64,000 nucleotides of DNA from Candidatus Bathyarchaeota archaeon (GTDB lineage: Archaea > Thermoproteota > Bathyarchaeia > Bathyarchaeales > Bathyarchaeaceae): the NCBI GenBank assembly GCA_963697165.1, contig CAVOMX010000012.1:32001-96000 (forward strand), in the 5' to 3' direction. Shown piece by piece: positions 31,673-41,974 of this stretch. The number at the start of each line of letters is the position of its first letter. Positions within the stretch are counted from its first letter, which is position 1. The position numbers and the translations under genes are program-made. The notes below the pieces were generated by a model. It searched no databases, was not told the origin of the DNA, and saw only the letters and a list, made by a program, of their open reading frames with translations.

Positions 31673-33062
31673 TCAGGGACTTCCTAGCGCGTAGTTGTCG
31701 GGAAGCACAAAATCTGCCTGCTTTATTGTGCCAACAATTGGAGCCGTTTCAGGCCAGATTACTTGTGGTCTGCATTCGCCAATGGTTGCATCGTAGTACA
31801 GCTGTTCCACAAAGGTGAACGGAGCAATCTCGTGGTATGCTTCTGTAGCGGTGCTGAACTGGATTTTTCCGCTCTCAGTTATGATCAACATTTGGTTCAT
31901 ATTGCATGATTCTATGGCTGCTCTAATGTCACTCTTGTCTAATGTTCCTGCTCGTTCTATGGCGTCTTTTGCTATATAGAATGCGTCGTATGTGTCTGCG
32001 CCCATCATTCCTGGAATAGTATTGTATTTGTCTTGGTAGGCAGCCACGTAGTCATCCATTGCCGACAGATAGAAGGGTGGTCCAGCGTAGGAAGCAAATT
32101 TTGATTCTAGTAGTTGGCGATCACCCCATTCTCCGAGTGCAGTGTAAAACTCTGGCTCTTCACAGCATTCGACTGCTATGTAAATACTGTTTAATCCAAC
32201 ATCGTTTTGTCCTTGTTTATAAATTGTGGCGGTGTTTCCTGTAAAGTCTACGACATAAACTGCGTCAGGTTTAGCTGCTTTAACGTTTGTTAGTTCTGCT
32301 TGGAAGGTTGTTGTGGTTATAGGATAGCTTTGTTCGGCAACAATATCTATTGGCAGGTTGTCCGCTTCGATGAAGTGTTTGGTTGCATCCCAAACTCCTT
32401 TTCCAAAAGCGTCGTCACGGTAAAGAACCGCAAGCCTAAGATTCCTTGTAATACCGTATTCACTTGCAAGCAAAGGTTTCATGGCTTCAGCAAAGAAATG
32501 AGCAACTGTTTCTGAATAGTGATATGTGGTGGTACAATAGTGGAACATGTAACTCATTCCATCCGCATCGGTTATTCGCAACGGAGAGTCTGCTGGAAGA
32601 CCACCATAGTTAGCCTGTGGACCTCTTCTTGTAACAAGATGACTTGAAGCACCTGTTATAATGTAGGGAACACGAGCTTCGATGGCTGGAACTTGACCTG
32701 CAAGGGTAGCTCCACTTCCGAATCCTCCGATGAGGAGATCAACTTCTTCCTGTGAAATTAGCCGCGTGACTTCGTTTACTGCAGCATCTGGATTAGCGTT
32801 TTCTGTGTCTCCAGTTACCAACTGAATAGTAAGGTTCTTACCCAGAGAGGACACGTAAACGCCACCCATAGCGTTGATTTCTTCAACGGCCATTCTGGCT
32901 GCACGATCCATGTCTTGTCCGACGGGTATTTGGTATGGCGCAACTAGACCTATTTTGATTGTTGACTCTGATGTCGGATGATGTTAGTTGCCAAGCAGCA
33001 ACGGATCCAGCGACAACTACGATCACAATGACAATTGCAGCAAGTAGTTTCTTGTTTATCAT
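31673..33062 (-). CDS. livK: HAAT-family ABC substrate-binding protein with N-terminal membrane anchor (frameshift near 32975)
   Basis: ATG 33062 starts MINKKLLAAIVIVIVVVAG; after the shift come IKIGLVAP, AVEEINAMGG and YDAFYI..DAIERAG. Confidence 0.88.
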
Positions 33063-33111
33063 CTTAGTTTCCTCTAACTTCGTTAGTATTGCATTTAAAT
33101 TGTTAATAAAA

Positions 33112-33702
33112 TTAACCCACGTTTACTTGTTCTCTGCCGATTTTGAAGGCTTCAAGATTAAGCGCTACGTATTTTTCTTTGAGCCTACCTGCGATAGCCT
33201 TCTCCAGTGACTCTTTTGTAACTGGATTCTCGGGGATGCCTGAGAGGGCTCCAAGAAGGACTGTGTTAACCACCAGAATGTTTCCAAGCCTGTTGGCGAT
33301 GCCGATTCCATCGACTTCATACACTTTGTGTGCCCTACCTTTTATTATGCCTAAAATCTTTTCATGATTCAAAACAGATGAACCCCCAACAGATGTGCTT
33401 GGCGGTATATACTTGGTATTCACTATAACTGTCCCATTTTTGTTCAACATCGGGAGAACCCTTGCAGCTTCAAGCATTTCAAACCCTAAGATTATGTCAG
33501 CTTTTCCAGACTCTATCAACGGAGCTTGAACCTTTTCGCCAACCCTAACATGCGCAACTATTGAGCCACCTCTTTGAGCCATTCCATGAACTTCCGCCTT
33601 TGCAACATCCCAGCCGTCAATGAGAGCCGCCTCACAAAAAATGTCACTAGCAACAACGATGCCCTGTCCGCCTACACCAGAAAAAACAATGTTCAACACC
33701 AT
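33112..33702 (-). CDS. iorB: Indolepyruvate:ferredoxin oxidoreductase beta subunit
   Basis: GVGGQG, EVHGMAQRGGS, NTVLLG, N.EAF..G. Confidence 0.95.
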   Translation of the reverse strand: MVLNIVFSGVGGQGIVVASDIFCEAALIDGWDVAKAEVHGMAQRGGSIVAHVRVGEKVQAPLIESGKADIILGFEMLEAARVLPMLNKNGTVIVNTKYIPPSTSVGGSSVLNHEKILGIIKGRAHKVYEVDGIGIANRLGNILVVNTVLLGALSGIPENPVTKESLEKAIAGRLKEKYVALNLEAFKIGREQVNVG

Positions 33703-35894
33703 CTACTTTTTGCTCCTTATCACATCAAAAGGACAAATCTCTTCACAGACTCCACAACCATAACAGAGGGTCGGATCAATCTCAGCACGTTCAGAAGTGA
33801 GAGAAATCGCAGGACAACCAAACTGTTCAACGCACACACCACACGCGTTGCATTCTTCCAAAACCTCCCTCTTTGGACCCTTTTTAACCAAAAGAGGGCA
33901 AGGTCTTCGAGATATTATAACAGAGGGACCGCGGTAATCTAAAATTTCACGTATAACTTTCCTTGCGTTTTCAACATCGTACGGGTCAACGATCTCTACT
34001 TTCTCGATTCCCAAGCTTCTTGCAACATCTGCCAACTCTATTACTTTTGTTTGTTCGCCTAAAGCATTCTTTCCAGAACCCGGTGTCGGCTGATGCCCCG
34101 TCATTGCCACAGGTACGATTATCCAATATTACTACACAGACGTTTGATTTGTTGTATGCGATGTTTAGTAAACCCGGCATTCCGCCATGAAAGAACGTTG
34201 AATCGCCTATTACCGCAAAAACTTTGTCTTTGACTCCCGCGTGAATCATGCCTGCAGCCTGCGAAATTCCGGCACCCATACAGAGGCAGGTTTGAACAGT
34301 ATTCACGGGTGCCATGAATCCTAGAGTGTAGCAGCCTATGTCGCCTGTGACAATTTTGTCTGTTGTTTTGCCTTTAAGGCTCAGTGCACTTTCGGGGCAC
34401 CATTGAATGCACACAGGCTCGCCATCACATGTGTCACATATTAGCGCTTTCCGTGTGCTGGGATGCAGGGTTATTGCCCCGTATTTGCATGCTTGGATGC
34501 ACCAGCCGCATCCATTGCATTTTTCTTCATCAACTGTTATTGTCTTATCATCGGTTGACTGAAGTAAAGCATCTTTTGGGCAGGATGTAACACATGGAGC
34601 TTCTTCGCAGGTTCTGCAAGTTACAGCAATATTGGATAACGTATCAAGTCGTACAGCTCTTATTCTGGACTTAACTGGATTGAAGGTTGCCTCCTTCTCA
34701 AATGAGCAAACATACTCGCATACGACGCAGCCATTACACTTTTTGGGGTTACAGTCAACAAATTGGTTAACCGTATTCAGGGCATAATAGAATGCTCTAT
34801 GTGGACATCCTGGACAGAGCACAGGAGGACGAGATGGCAAATCCAAGCTGTTTTGCAGTTCCGTCTTCTCGCATAACCCCAAACCCACAAAAGCGGCTTT
34901 AACTATATCGGGAGTAAACTCGCCAATTTCCTCTAGTGCTGTATTGTTTTTTCCCAAAATGTGCAGGATGCAAGCATTTAATTCTATTTTCAATGTATGG
35001 TCGTAATTCTTCAACAACAATTATTTTTTTGACTTTGGACGCAAACTTCTTGAAAACTTGCTTAGGAAACGGATACACAAAACCCAGTTTCAGCCAAGAA
35101 AACTGGTTTGAATCCAACACCGACCTTGCATAGTAATAGCCTATGCCGCTACCTACAATCCCAATTTCTTTTCCATTATCCTCAATAACATTGAACTTTG
35201 AGCGGTCAACAAGCTCGGTTGCCTCTTCCAGTTTTTCCTTGAGGATTCTGTGCCGTTTAATCGCGTTCGAGGGCACCATAACCCATCTTGAGGCATCCTT
35301 GTCAAACTCGGCTTTTCGAGGACTCCTGGCAATCTCCTTAATTTTGACGCGCCCTTTTCCGTGAGCCACACGAGTAGTTAAACGAACAATCACAGGCAAT
35401 TGCAGTCTTTCACTTATTTTGAATGCTTCGCGGGTCATATCTAATGCTTCTTGAGGATTACCTGCATCAAAAAGAGGAATATCTGAGTGAACCGCAAAAT
35501 ATCGTGTATCCTGCTCATTTTGGCTGCTGTGCATTGCCGGATCGTCGCAGACGGCAATGACCAAACCGCCTTTAACTCCAGTATAAGCAAGAGTCATGGC
35601 AGCGTCAGCAGCGACGTTCAACCCAACATGCTTCATAGAAACGATGGCTCGTACACCCGCCATTGATGCACCAGCAGCCACTTCCAAGGCAACTATTTCG
35701 TTTATGCTCCATTCAGCGTATATTCCAAAGTTTTTGGCTGCATCAGCGATTGTTTCAAGAATTTCCGTTGAAGGCGTTCCAGGGTATGCGGTTGCCACTT
35801 GTACTCCAGCTTCTACAGCGCCCCTTGCGACTGCTTCGTCGCCATTGAGCAACAGGAAACTGCCAGGTTTGTCAACAGCTATCTTTGCGTTCAT
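33703..35894 (-). CDS. iorA: Indolepyruvate:ferredoxin oxidoreductase alpha subunit with an internal polyferredoxin insertion (frameshifts near 34980-34950 and 34110)
   Basis: YPGTPSTE, MKHVGLNVA, DDP.MHSSQNEQD, RPPVLCPGCPHR, GDIGCY, IGDSTFFH, DN..AMTGHQPTP and a C-terminal 2x4Fe-4S domain. Confidence 0.92.
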
Positions 35895-35907
35895 TCCGAT
35901 TAAGCCT

Positions 35908-37224
35908 TCAAATCTTGCCTGAGCGCATATCTAAGACCCGTTTTGCTTTTCCCTCGGTCCTAGGGAGATCTCCAGGTTTTACAAGTTCGATAAGCGGTGA
36001 AAGCCCAGTGATGTTGTTTACTTTCTGGTTGATTTTAAGCTTCAATGCTGTCAACTCTTCTGGGGTGCTCTTTACGCTTTTTTCTGTCAGTTCTGCTTTT
36101 ATTGTGAAAACATCCAGTGCGCCTGGTCTTTCAAGAATTATTTGATACTGTGCCGCCAATTCAGGAAGTCCCATTATTGCATATTCTATCTGTGACGGAA
36201 ACACGTTGACGCCTCGTATGATCATCATGTCGTCTGATCTTCCTCTGATTCTCATCATTCTGGAGTGGCTTCGTCCACATTCACATTGTTCTGTTTCAAT
36301 AACTGAAATGTCTCTTGTTCTGAACCGCAGAATGGGGAGACCCGTTTTTGTGAGTGTCGTAAAAACCAGTTCGCCTTCTTCTCCTGCGGGTAATACGTCG
36401 CCCGTTTTTGGGTCAATAGTTTCAATGAGGAAGTGATCCTCCCAGATGTGCAAACCGCTATGTTCACGGCATTCCACTGAAACTCCTGGACCACACAATT
36501 CAGTCAATCCATATATGTCGAAAGCTTCAATTTCTAGTTCGTTCTCGATTCTTTCTCTTATTCTCTCCGACCAAGGTTCTGCCCCAAAGAGACCCATTCT
36601 AAGTTTAAGGTCAGTTCCGGGGTTGATTCCTTCTTTAGCCAATGCTTCAGCAAGGTAGATTGCATAACTGGGCGTGCAACACAGGACTGTTGAACCTAAA
36701 TCGTTCATGAGTTTTATTTGTCTCTGTGTCATTCCGCCGCTGATGGGAATGATTGTTGTTCCGATTTTTTGAGCACCATAATGAAAGCCGAGACCGCCTG
36801 TAAATAGGCCATAGCCATAAGCGTTGTGCATTACATCCTGTCTTCTAACACCCGTGGCATATAGTGATCTTGCCATTAATTCTGCCCAAACATCCATGTC
36901 ATTTGTGGTGTATGCTCCAACCACCGGATTCCCTGTTGTTCCACTCGATGCATGTATTTCAACAATGTCATCAAGATGAACGGAAACCATTCCAAATGGA
37001 TAATTATCTCTTAAATCATTCTTTGAAGTGAAAGGAATTTTTTGTGCATCCTCTAGCGTCTTTATGTCATCGGGTGTTATTCCGTGACTTTTGAATTTGT
37101 TACGGTAAAATGCCGAGTTTTCGTAACAATACTTCACTTGCTTTTTGAGGAGTTTAAGTTGATGTTTCCTTAGTTCGTCTCTGGTTGCGGTTTCGACTTT
37201 TTTGTTCCAGTATACGTCAGCCAT
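35908..37224 (-). CDS. paaK: Phenylacetate--CoA ligase
   Basis: HASSGTTG, YGYGLFTGGLG, GAEPW, YGLTE..GPG, GRSDDM.IIRGVNVFPSQIE, GKAKRV.D. Confidence 0.95.
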   Translation of the reverse strand: MADVYWNKKVETATRDELRKHQLKLLKKQVKYCYENSAFYRNKFKSHGITPDDIKTLEDAQKIPFTSKNDLRDNYPFGMVSVHLDDIVEIHASSGTTGNPVVGAYTTNDMDVWAELMARSLYATGVRRQDVMHNAYGYGLFTGGLGFHYGAQKIGTTIIPISGGMTQRQIKLMNDLGSTVLCCTPSYAIYLAEALAKEGINPGTDLKLRMGLFGAEPWSERIRERIENELEIEAFDIYGLTELCGPGVSVECREHSGLHIWEDHFLIETIDPKTGDVLPAGEEGELVFTTLTKTGLPILRFRTRDISVIETEQCECGRSHSRMMRIRGRSDDMMIIRGVNVFPSQIEYAIMGLPELAAQYQIILERPGALDVFTIKAELTEKSVKSTPEELTALKLKINQKVNNITGLSPLIELVKPGDLPRTEGKAKRVLDMRSGKI

Positions 37225-37238
37225 AACGAAATCTCCAA

Positions 37239-37943
37239 TTAAATGCCCAAATATAATTCTTTGATATGATCATTAGACAGCAGTTTTCTCCCTTCGCCTT
37301 CTATTATAATCTTGCCTTCTTCAAGAACGTAGCCTCTATCGGCGATATTCAACGAATCGCGGATGTTTTGCTCAACCAGAAGGATGGCAACCCCTTCGTC
37401 GTTTATTTGCCGTAACGTATCCAATACTTTGGCTACGATTATGGGGGCTAAACCCAGCGATGGCTCATCAAGTATTAAGAGTTCAGGATTTGACATCATG
37501 CTTCTGCCTATGACCAGCATCTGCTGTTCTCCTCCGCTGAGATTCTGAGCCAGGGTTTTCTCTTTTTTTCGTAGAACAGGAAAAATTTGGTAAATACGTT
37601 CCTTTGATGCCATAACTTGGTGTTTATCCTTTATCGTGTAAGCGCCCAAAAGCATGTTCTCTTCAACAGTCATTCTTGGAAAAATTTCTCTGCCTTCAGG
37701 AATCATAGTTACTCCTTTCTTAACAATTTCATATGGCGGCAAGTTTTCGATGTTTTCGCCTTTAAAACGGATAGCTCCACTTTTTGCGGGCAACAACCCC
37801 ATAATAGTTTTGACTAGTGATGTTTTGCCTGCACCATTAGGACCAATTATGCTAACTATCTCTTTTTCTTTAATCTTGAATGAGACATCCCACAGGATTT
37901 GAATCATACCATATGCTGCAGAAACATTTTCGATTTCTAACAT
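37239..37943 (-). CDS. livF: HAAT ABC ATP-binding protein LivF
   Basis: GPNGAGKT, PEGR.IF, LSGGEQQML, DEPSLGLAP, LVEQN. Confidence 0.95.
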   Translation of the reverse strand: MLEIENVSAAYGMIQILWDVSFKIKEKEIVSIIGPNGAGKTSLVKTIMGLLPAKSGAIRFKGENIENLPPYEIVKKGVTMIPEGREIFPRMTVEENMLLGAYTIKDKHQVMASKERIYQIFPVLRKKEKTLAQNLSGGEQQMLVIGRSMMSNPELLILDEPSLGLAPIIVAKVLDTLRQINDEGVAILLVEQNIRDSLNIADRGYVLEEGKIIIEGEGRKLLSNDHIKELYLGI

Positions 37944-38698
37944 TGTTGTTCCTCATCAAAAGAAATTTTTTTGCCCAAGTACACTTTGATTACGTTCTCA
38001 TCATTGCATACTTCTTCAGGTTTTCCTTCACATATTTTCTCGCCATGATGGAGAACGGTTACTCGGTCACATAGCCCCATAATTACTCTCATAACATGTT
38101 CCACTATGAGTAAAGTTACTCCTTGTTTGTTGATGCGTTTTATCAAAGCAATTGCTTCGTTGCTTTCTTTTGGCGTCAAACCGGTTAGAAGCTCGTCCAA
38201 TAGAAGCAATTTAGGTGATGTAGCCAAAGCTCTTGCAAGCTGGACACGCCTCAATTCTATAACATTCAAATTTCTAGCAGGAATATTGAACTTTTCTTTG
38301 CCTAAACCTACAAAATCCAAAAGTTCTTTAGCTTTGTCCGATGAATCTTGTTCATTTTCTTCTTCTTTTCTGCCAAAAAGCACCCCAATGTACACATTTT
38401 CGAGCGTAGTCATATCAGGAAAAGATTGGACCGTTTGAGACGTTTTTGTTATCCCTTTAGAACAGATTAGATGTGAAGGAAGTTTTGAAATGTCTTCATT
38501 CAAAAACATAACTTTACCAGAGTCCGGTTTGTAAATTCCACTAATTACGTTCAGTAGAGTTGATTTCCCGGAACCATTAGGTCCCACAAGCCCAGTGATT
38601 TCATTTTCATTAACTGTGAAATTCACCTGTTTTAATGCTTTGAGACCTCCAAACTCTTTTGAGACTTCAATACATCGAAGCAAGTCTATGATCTCCAA
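37937..38698 (-). CDS. livG: HAAT ABC ATP-binding protein LivG
   Basis: FGGLKAL, GPNGSGKST, LARALA..PKLLLLDE, IVEH, V...YLG. Confidence 0.93.
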   Translation of the reverse strand: MEIIDLLRCIEVSKEFGGLKALKQVNFTVNENEITGLVGPNGSGKSTLLNVISGIYKPDSGKVMFLNEDISKLPSHLICSKGITKTSQTVQSFPDMTTLENVYIGVLFGRKEEENEQDSSDKAKELLDFVGLGKEKFNIPARNLNVIELRRVQLARALATSPKLLLLDELLTGLTPKESNEAIALIKRINKQGVTLLIVEHVMRVIMGLCDRVTVLHHGEKICEGKPEEVCNDENVIKVYLGKKISFDEEQQC

Positions 38699-38769
38699 AG
38701 TATAGAATGAAATGTTAGCTATGTGAAAATATAAATATTCTTTATGCCTCCTTGAATTGGGGAGAGACG

Positions 38770-39225
38770 ATGATAATAAAACAAGTAAGTGTCTTCTTAG
38801 ATAACAGGCCTGGTTCGTTATCGGAAGTAATTGAGCATATTGACAAGTTTCAAATTAAGATATTTGCGTTGTCAATCGCTGATGCTGGCGAATTTGGGTT
38901 AATTAGAATGATAACTGAAGACCCTGAAAGAGCTAAAAAACATTTGGAAGACGCAGATTTCATTCTCGCAAAATCAAAAAAGAATACAGAAATAATAGTT
39001 ATTCTGATAACCGAAAACGGTAAGGTCTCCAAAATCGCAAAGATTCTAGGCGATGATAATTTGAACATCGAGTATGCTTATTCATCTGCGGTGCTAATAG
39101 ATGGAAAACTTGCGGTTGTTCTAAGAGTTAAGGATTTGAATAAAGCTGAAAAAATTCTTAGAGAAAATAATATACCCATTCTTTCCTTGGATGAAATAAA
39201 AAAAAGCTTTGAAAAAAGCAGTTGA
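38770..39225 (+). CDS. ACT-domain protein of the type associated with paaK/ior
   Basis: IKQVSVFLDNRPGSL, ALSIAD..EFGLIR, NIEY.Y; divergent from livG. Confidence 0.9.
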   Translation: MIIKQVSVFLDNRPGSLSEVIEHIDKFQIKIFALSIADAGEFGLIRMITEDPERAKKHLEDADFILAKSKKNTEIIVILITENGKVSKIAKILGDDNLNIEYAYSSAVLIDGKLAVVLRVKDLNKAEKILRENNIPILSLDEIKKSFEKSS

Positions 39226-39506
39226 CAAACATGTTAGATTATTTCACTAGCTGATTAAAATTCCACAACGCCAATTTTTGATAATAAAATTCCGATAAAA
39301 TTTATGTTACTTCTAGAATTATCTTTCATAGGACTTTTTTTAACCTAGTTTAACTTTTTAATAAATGGAGAATGTAGCGATCATCGCAGCTGTTGCAGTA
39401 GGGATGCTGATTCTTCGAACTAGAAACCTCACTAACTTTTATTATCTTCAAAACAACACCCTCACAAATATCAAAGTCGTAAAGCCACTTTTTAGAATAG
39501 CCATTA

Positions 39507-40476
39507 CTATGTCGCCAGTATCTGTGCGAGTTTCATTAGGTTTAGGTCTAGTAGTTTTTCGTTTGTGCATACTTTTTCTAGACTTATGCTGGTCACTTTT
39601 CCATTCTCTAGCCCAACCATCCTGTTTCTTTGCTTGTTTAGTAGGAGTTCTATGGCTTTGTTTCCGAACAGGTTGGCTAGGAGCCTGCTTCTTGCTGTTG
39701 GGTTTCCTCCTCTCTGTGCATAACCTGTAATGCTCAACCGCACCTCTACCCCAGCCTTCTTCGCAATATCTTTCAGCAGTTTGCGGGTGTCACCGATTCC
39801 CTCCGCAGCCACAATAATGCCTGACTTCTTGCCCTTAGCACCATTAACCTCTAACGTGTGAACAATAGCTCTCTACGCTATACTCAACTTCAGGAACTAG
39901 AATCACCTCGGCCCCAACAGTTAACCCAATCATGAGCGCAAGAAAGCCCCGTTTCCGTCCCATAACCTCAACAACAAAGATTCTCTCATGAGAATTTGCG
40001 GTATCCCTGATCTTGTCGATCTCCCCAATCGCCGTATTCAATGCAGTGTCAAAGCCTATCGTCTCGTCAGTCCCAAACACGTCATTATCAATCGTTGCGG
40101 GAACCCCAACAATAACCGCATCAGACACCTTACTCAACTCTAAGGCTCCACGCAACGAACCATCACCGCCAACCACAACCAGTCCATCAACCCCATTCAA
40201 GGCAAGAGCGTCCGCAGCTCTCCGTACGCCCTCAGGCTTTCGGAACTCTGGACTCCTTGACGTCCGAAGAATCGTACCGCCAACATGAAGAATGCCGCCA
40301 ACATTACGCGGAGTCAACTCCCTAAACCTGTTAGAGATTAAGCCATCCCATCCCCGCTCAAAACCCACAACCTCCAAACTCTTAGAATAAGCAACACGAG
40401 TAACCGCCCGTATCGCAGCATTCATTCCGGGAGCATCTCCCCCGCTTGTCACCAAACCAATCCTCTTCAACAACAT
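39507..40476 (-). CDS. pfkA: ATP-dependent 6-phosphofructokinase, bacterial PfkA family (frameshift near 39850)
   Basis: TSGGDAPGMNAAIR, GGTIL, VGGDGS, PATIDND, EVMGR, AEG, GYAQRGG. Confidence 0.92.
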
Positions 40477-40602
40477 CTCCCCATTCTGTAACTGTTCAAT
40501 ATGAAACAGTAGTTCTAACCAAAATAATAAACTTGAGGACTACTTGTCCGCAAACCTCGCTTTTACAATTAACTTTAATAGCTTCTTTCAGGACATTATC
40601 CA

Positions 40603-41238
40603 ATGAAAACGGAGGAACAGCATTTGAGTGACGAAGCACAAGGTCGATATTACATGCCCGGAGCCACCACAATAGGCCTAGTTTTTGATGGCGGCGTAAT
40701 CTTAGCATCAGAAAAAAGAGTCACATACGGCTCCATGATAATGAGCAAAACAGGAAAAAAGGTCTTCAGAATCGCCGACCAAGTCGGCGCAGCATGCGCA
40801 GGACTAGTCTCCGACATGCAAATTTTGACGCGAGAAATTGAAGCCCAAGCAAAACTGTTTGTATTAGACACAAAGAGATCCATGCCCGTAAATGCAGCCG
40901 CCAAACTCATGTCAAATGTTCTCTTCAACAGACGCATGATTCCTTTAATCACCCAAACAATCGTAGGCGGAATGGACGATGACGGACCAGCACTATACGT
41001 GCTTGACGTTCTCGGATCTCTATTGCCTGACACCTACGCTGCCGTGGGTTCAGGAGCCCAAATGGCAACAGGAGTCCTCGAAGAAGGGTACAAAGACAAC
41101 ATGTCCATGAAAGACGCAAAAACGCTGGTTCTAACAGCCATAAAATCTGCTATACGCCGAGACGTAATGAGCGGCGATGGTGTAGACTTGATGATCATTA
41201 CAAAGGGTGGAATCCAAGAAGAAAGCACCAACTTCTGA
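40603..41238 (+). CDS. psmB: 20S proteasome beta subunit (Thr1 position is Ala)
   Basis: [29 protein letters not shown]. Confidence 0.93.
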   Translation: MKTEEQHLSDEAQGRYYMPGATTIGLVFDGGVILASEKRVTYGSMIMSKTGKKVFRIADQVGAACAGLVSDMQILTREIEAQAKLFVLDTKRSMPVNAAAKLMSNVLFNRRMIPLITQTIVGGMDDDGPALYVLDVLGSLLPDTYAAVGSGAQMATGVLEEGYKDNMSMKDAKTLVLTAIKSAIRRDVMSGDGVDLMIITKGGIQEESTNF

Positions 41239-41341
41239 TCCGTCCCAAACCTATTTTTTATGCCCCTGTTGCGGGCATCTTTTATTCAGAAACTTTAATA
41301 CCATTAGGGTTGCCTTTCCAGTATGTCAGGGGCAAAACAAC

Positions 41342-41959
41342 ATGACGTTTCATTTGACACTCGTAGAAGGCAAATTTCTCGTAAAATTGGCAAGACAATC
41401 AGTAACAGATTATCTAACAAACGGGAAAGTCTTGCAGGTTCCTGAGAACATTTCACCTAAACTGATGGAGCCTTGTGGCGTCTTTGTCACATTAAACCGC
41501 GTCCATGAAGAAACAAAAATGTTGAGGGGCTGTATTGGTCTTCCTTATCCCACAACTCCTTTCGCTCAGGCTATTATAGAGGCTGCAGTCAGCGCCGCAA
41601 CCCAAGACCCACGTTTCCCGCCAGTTGTCCTAAAAGAACTTGACCAGATAATCTTTGAGGTTAGCGTCTTGACTCCCCCTGAACTTGTTAAAGCCGAAAA
41701 ACCAACAGATTACCCGTCAAAAATAGAAGTTGGACGCGACGGACTCATAATCGAAAACGGCTACCATAAAGGTCTGTTGTTGCCGCAGGTGCCTGTTGAA
41801 CTAGACTGGAACAAAGAAGAGTTCCTCTGCCAAACCTCCATGAAGGCAGGGCTTCCGCCCGATGCTTGGCTGTTGAAGAATACAAAAATATACAGGTTCC
41901 AAGCAATCATCTTTGAAGAAGAAACCCCAAAAGGCGAAATTAAACTAAAAAAAATCTAA
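41342..41959 (+). CDS. AMMECR1/TIGR00296 family protein
   Basis: GVFVTL, LRGCIG, DPRF, EVSVLT, GLLLPQV, KAGL. Confidence 0.93.
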   Translation: MTFHLTLVEGKFLVKLARQSVTDYLTNGKVLQVPENISPKLMEPCGVFVTLNRVHEETKMLRGCIGLPYPTTPFAQAIIEAAVSAATQDPRFPPVVLKELDQIIFEVSVLTPPELVKAEKPTDYPSKIEVGRDGLIIENGYHKGLLLPQVPVELDWNKEEFLCQTSMKAGLPPDAWLLKNTKIYRFQAIIFEEETPKGEIKLKKI

Positions 41960-41974
41960 AGGAAACTGCATATT

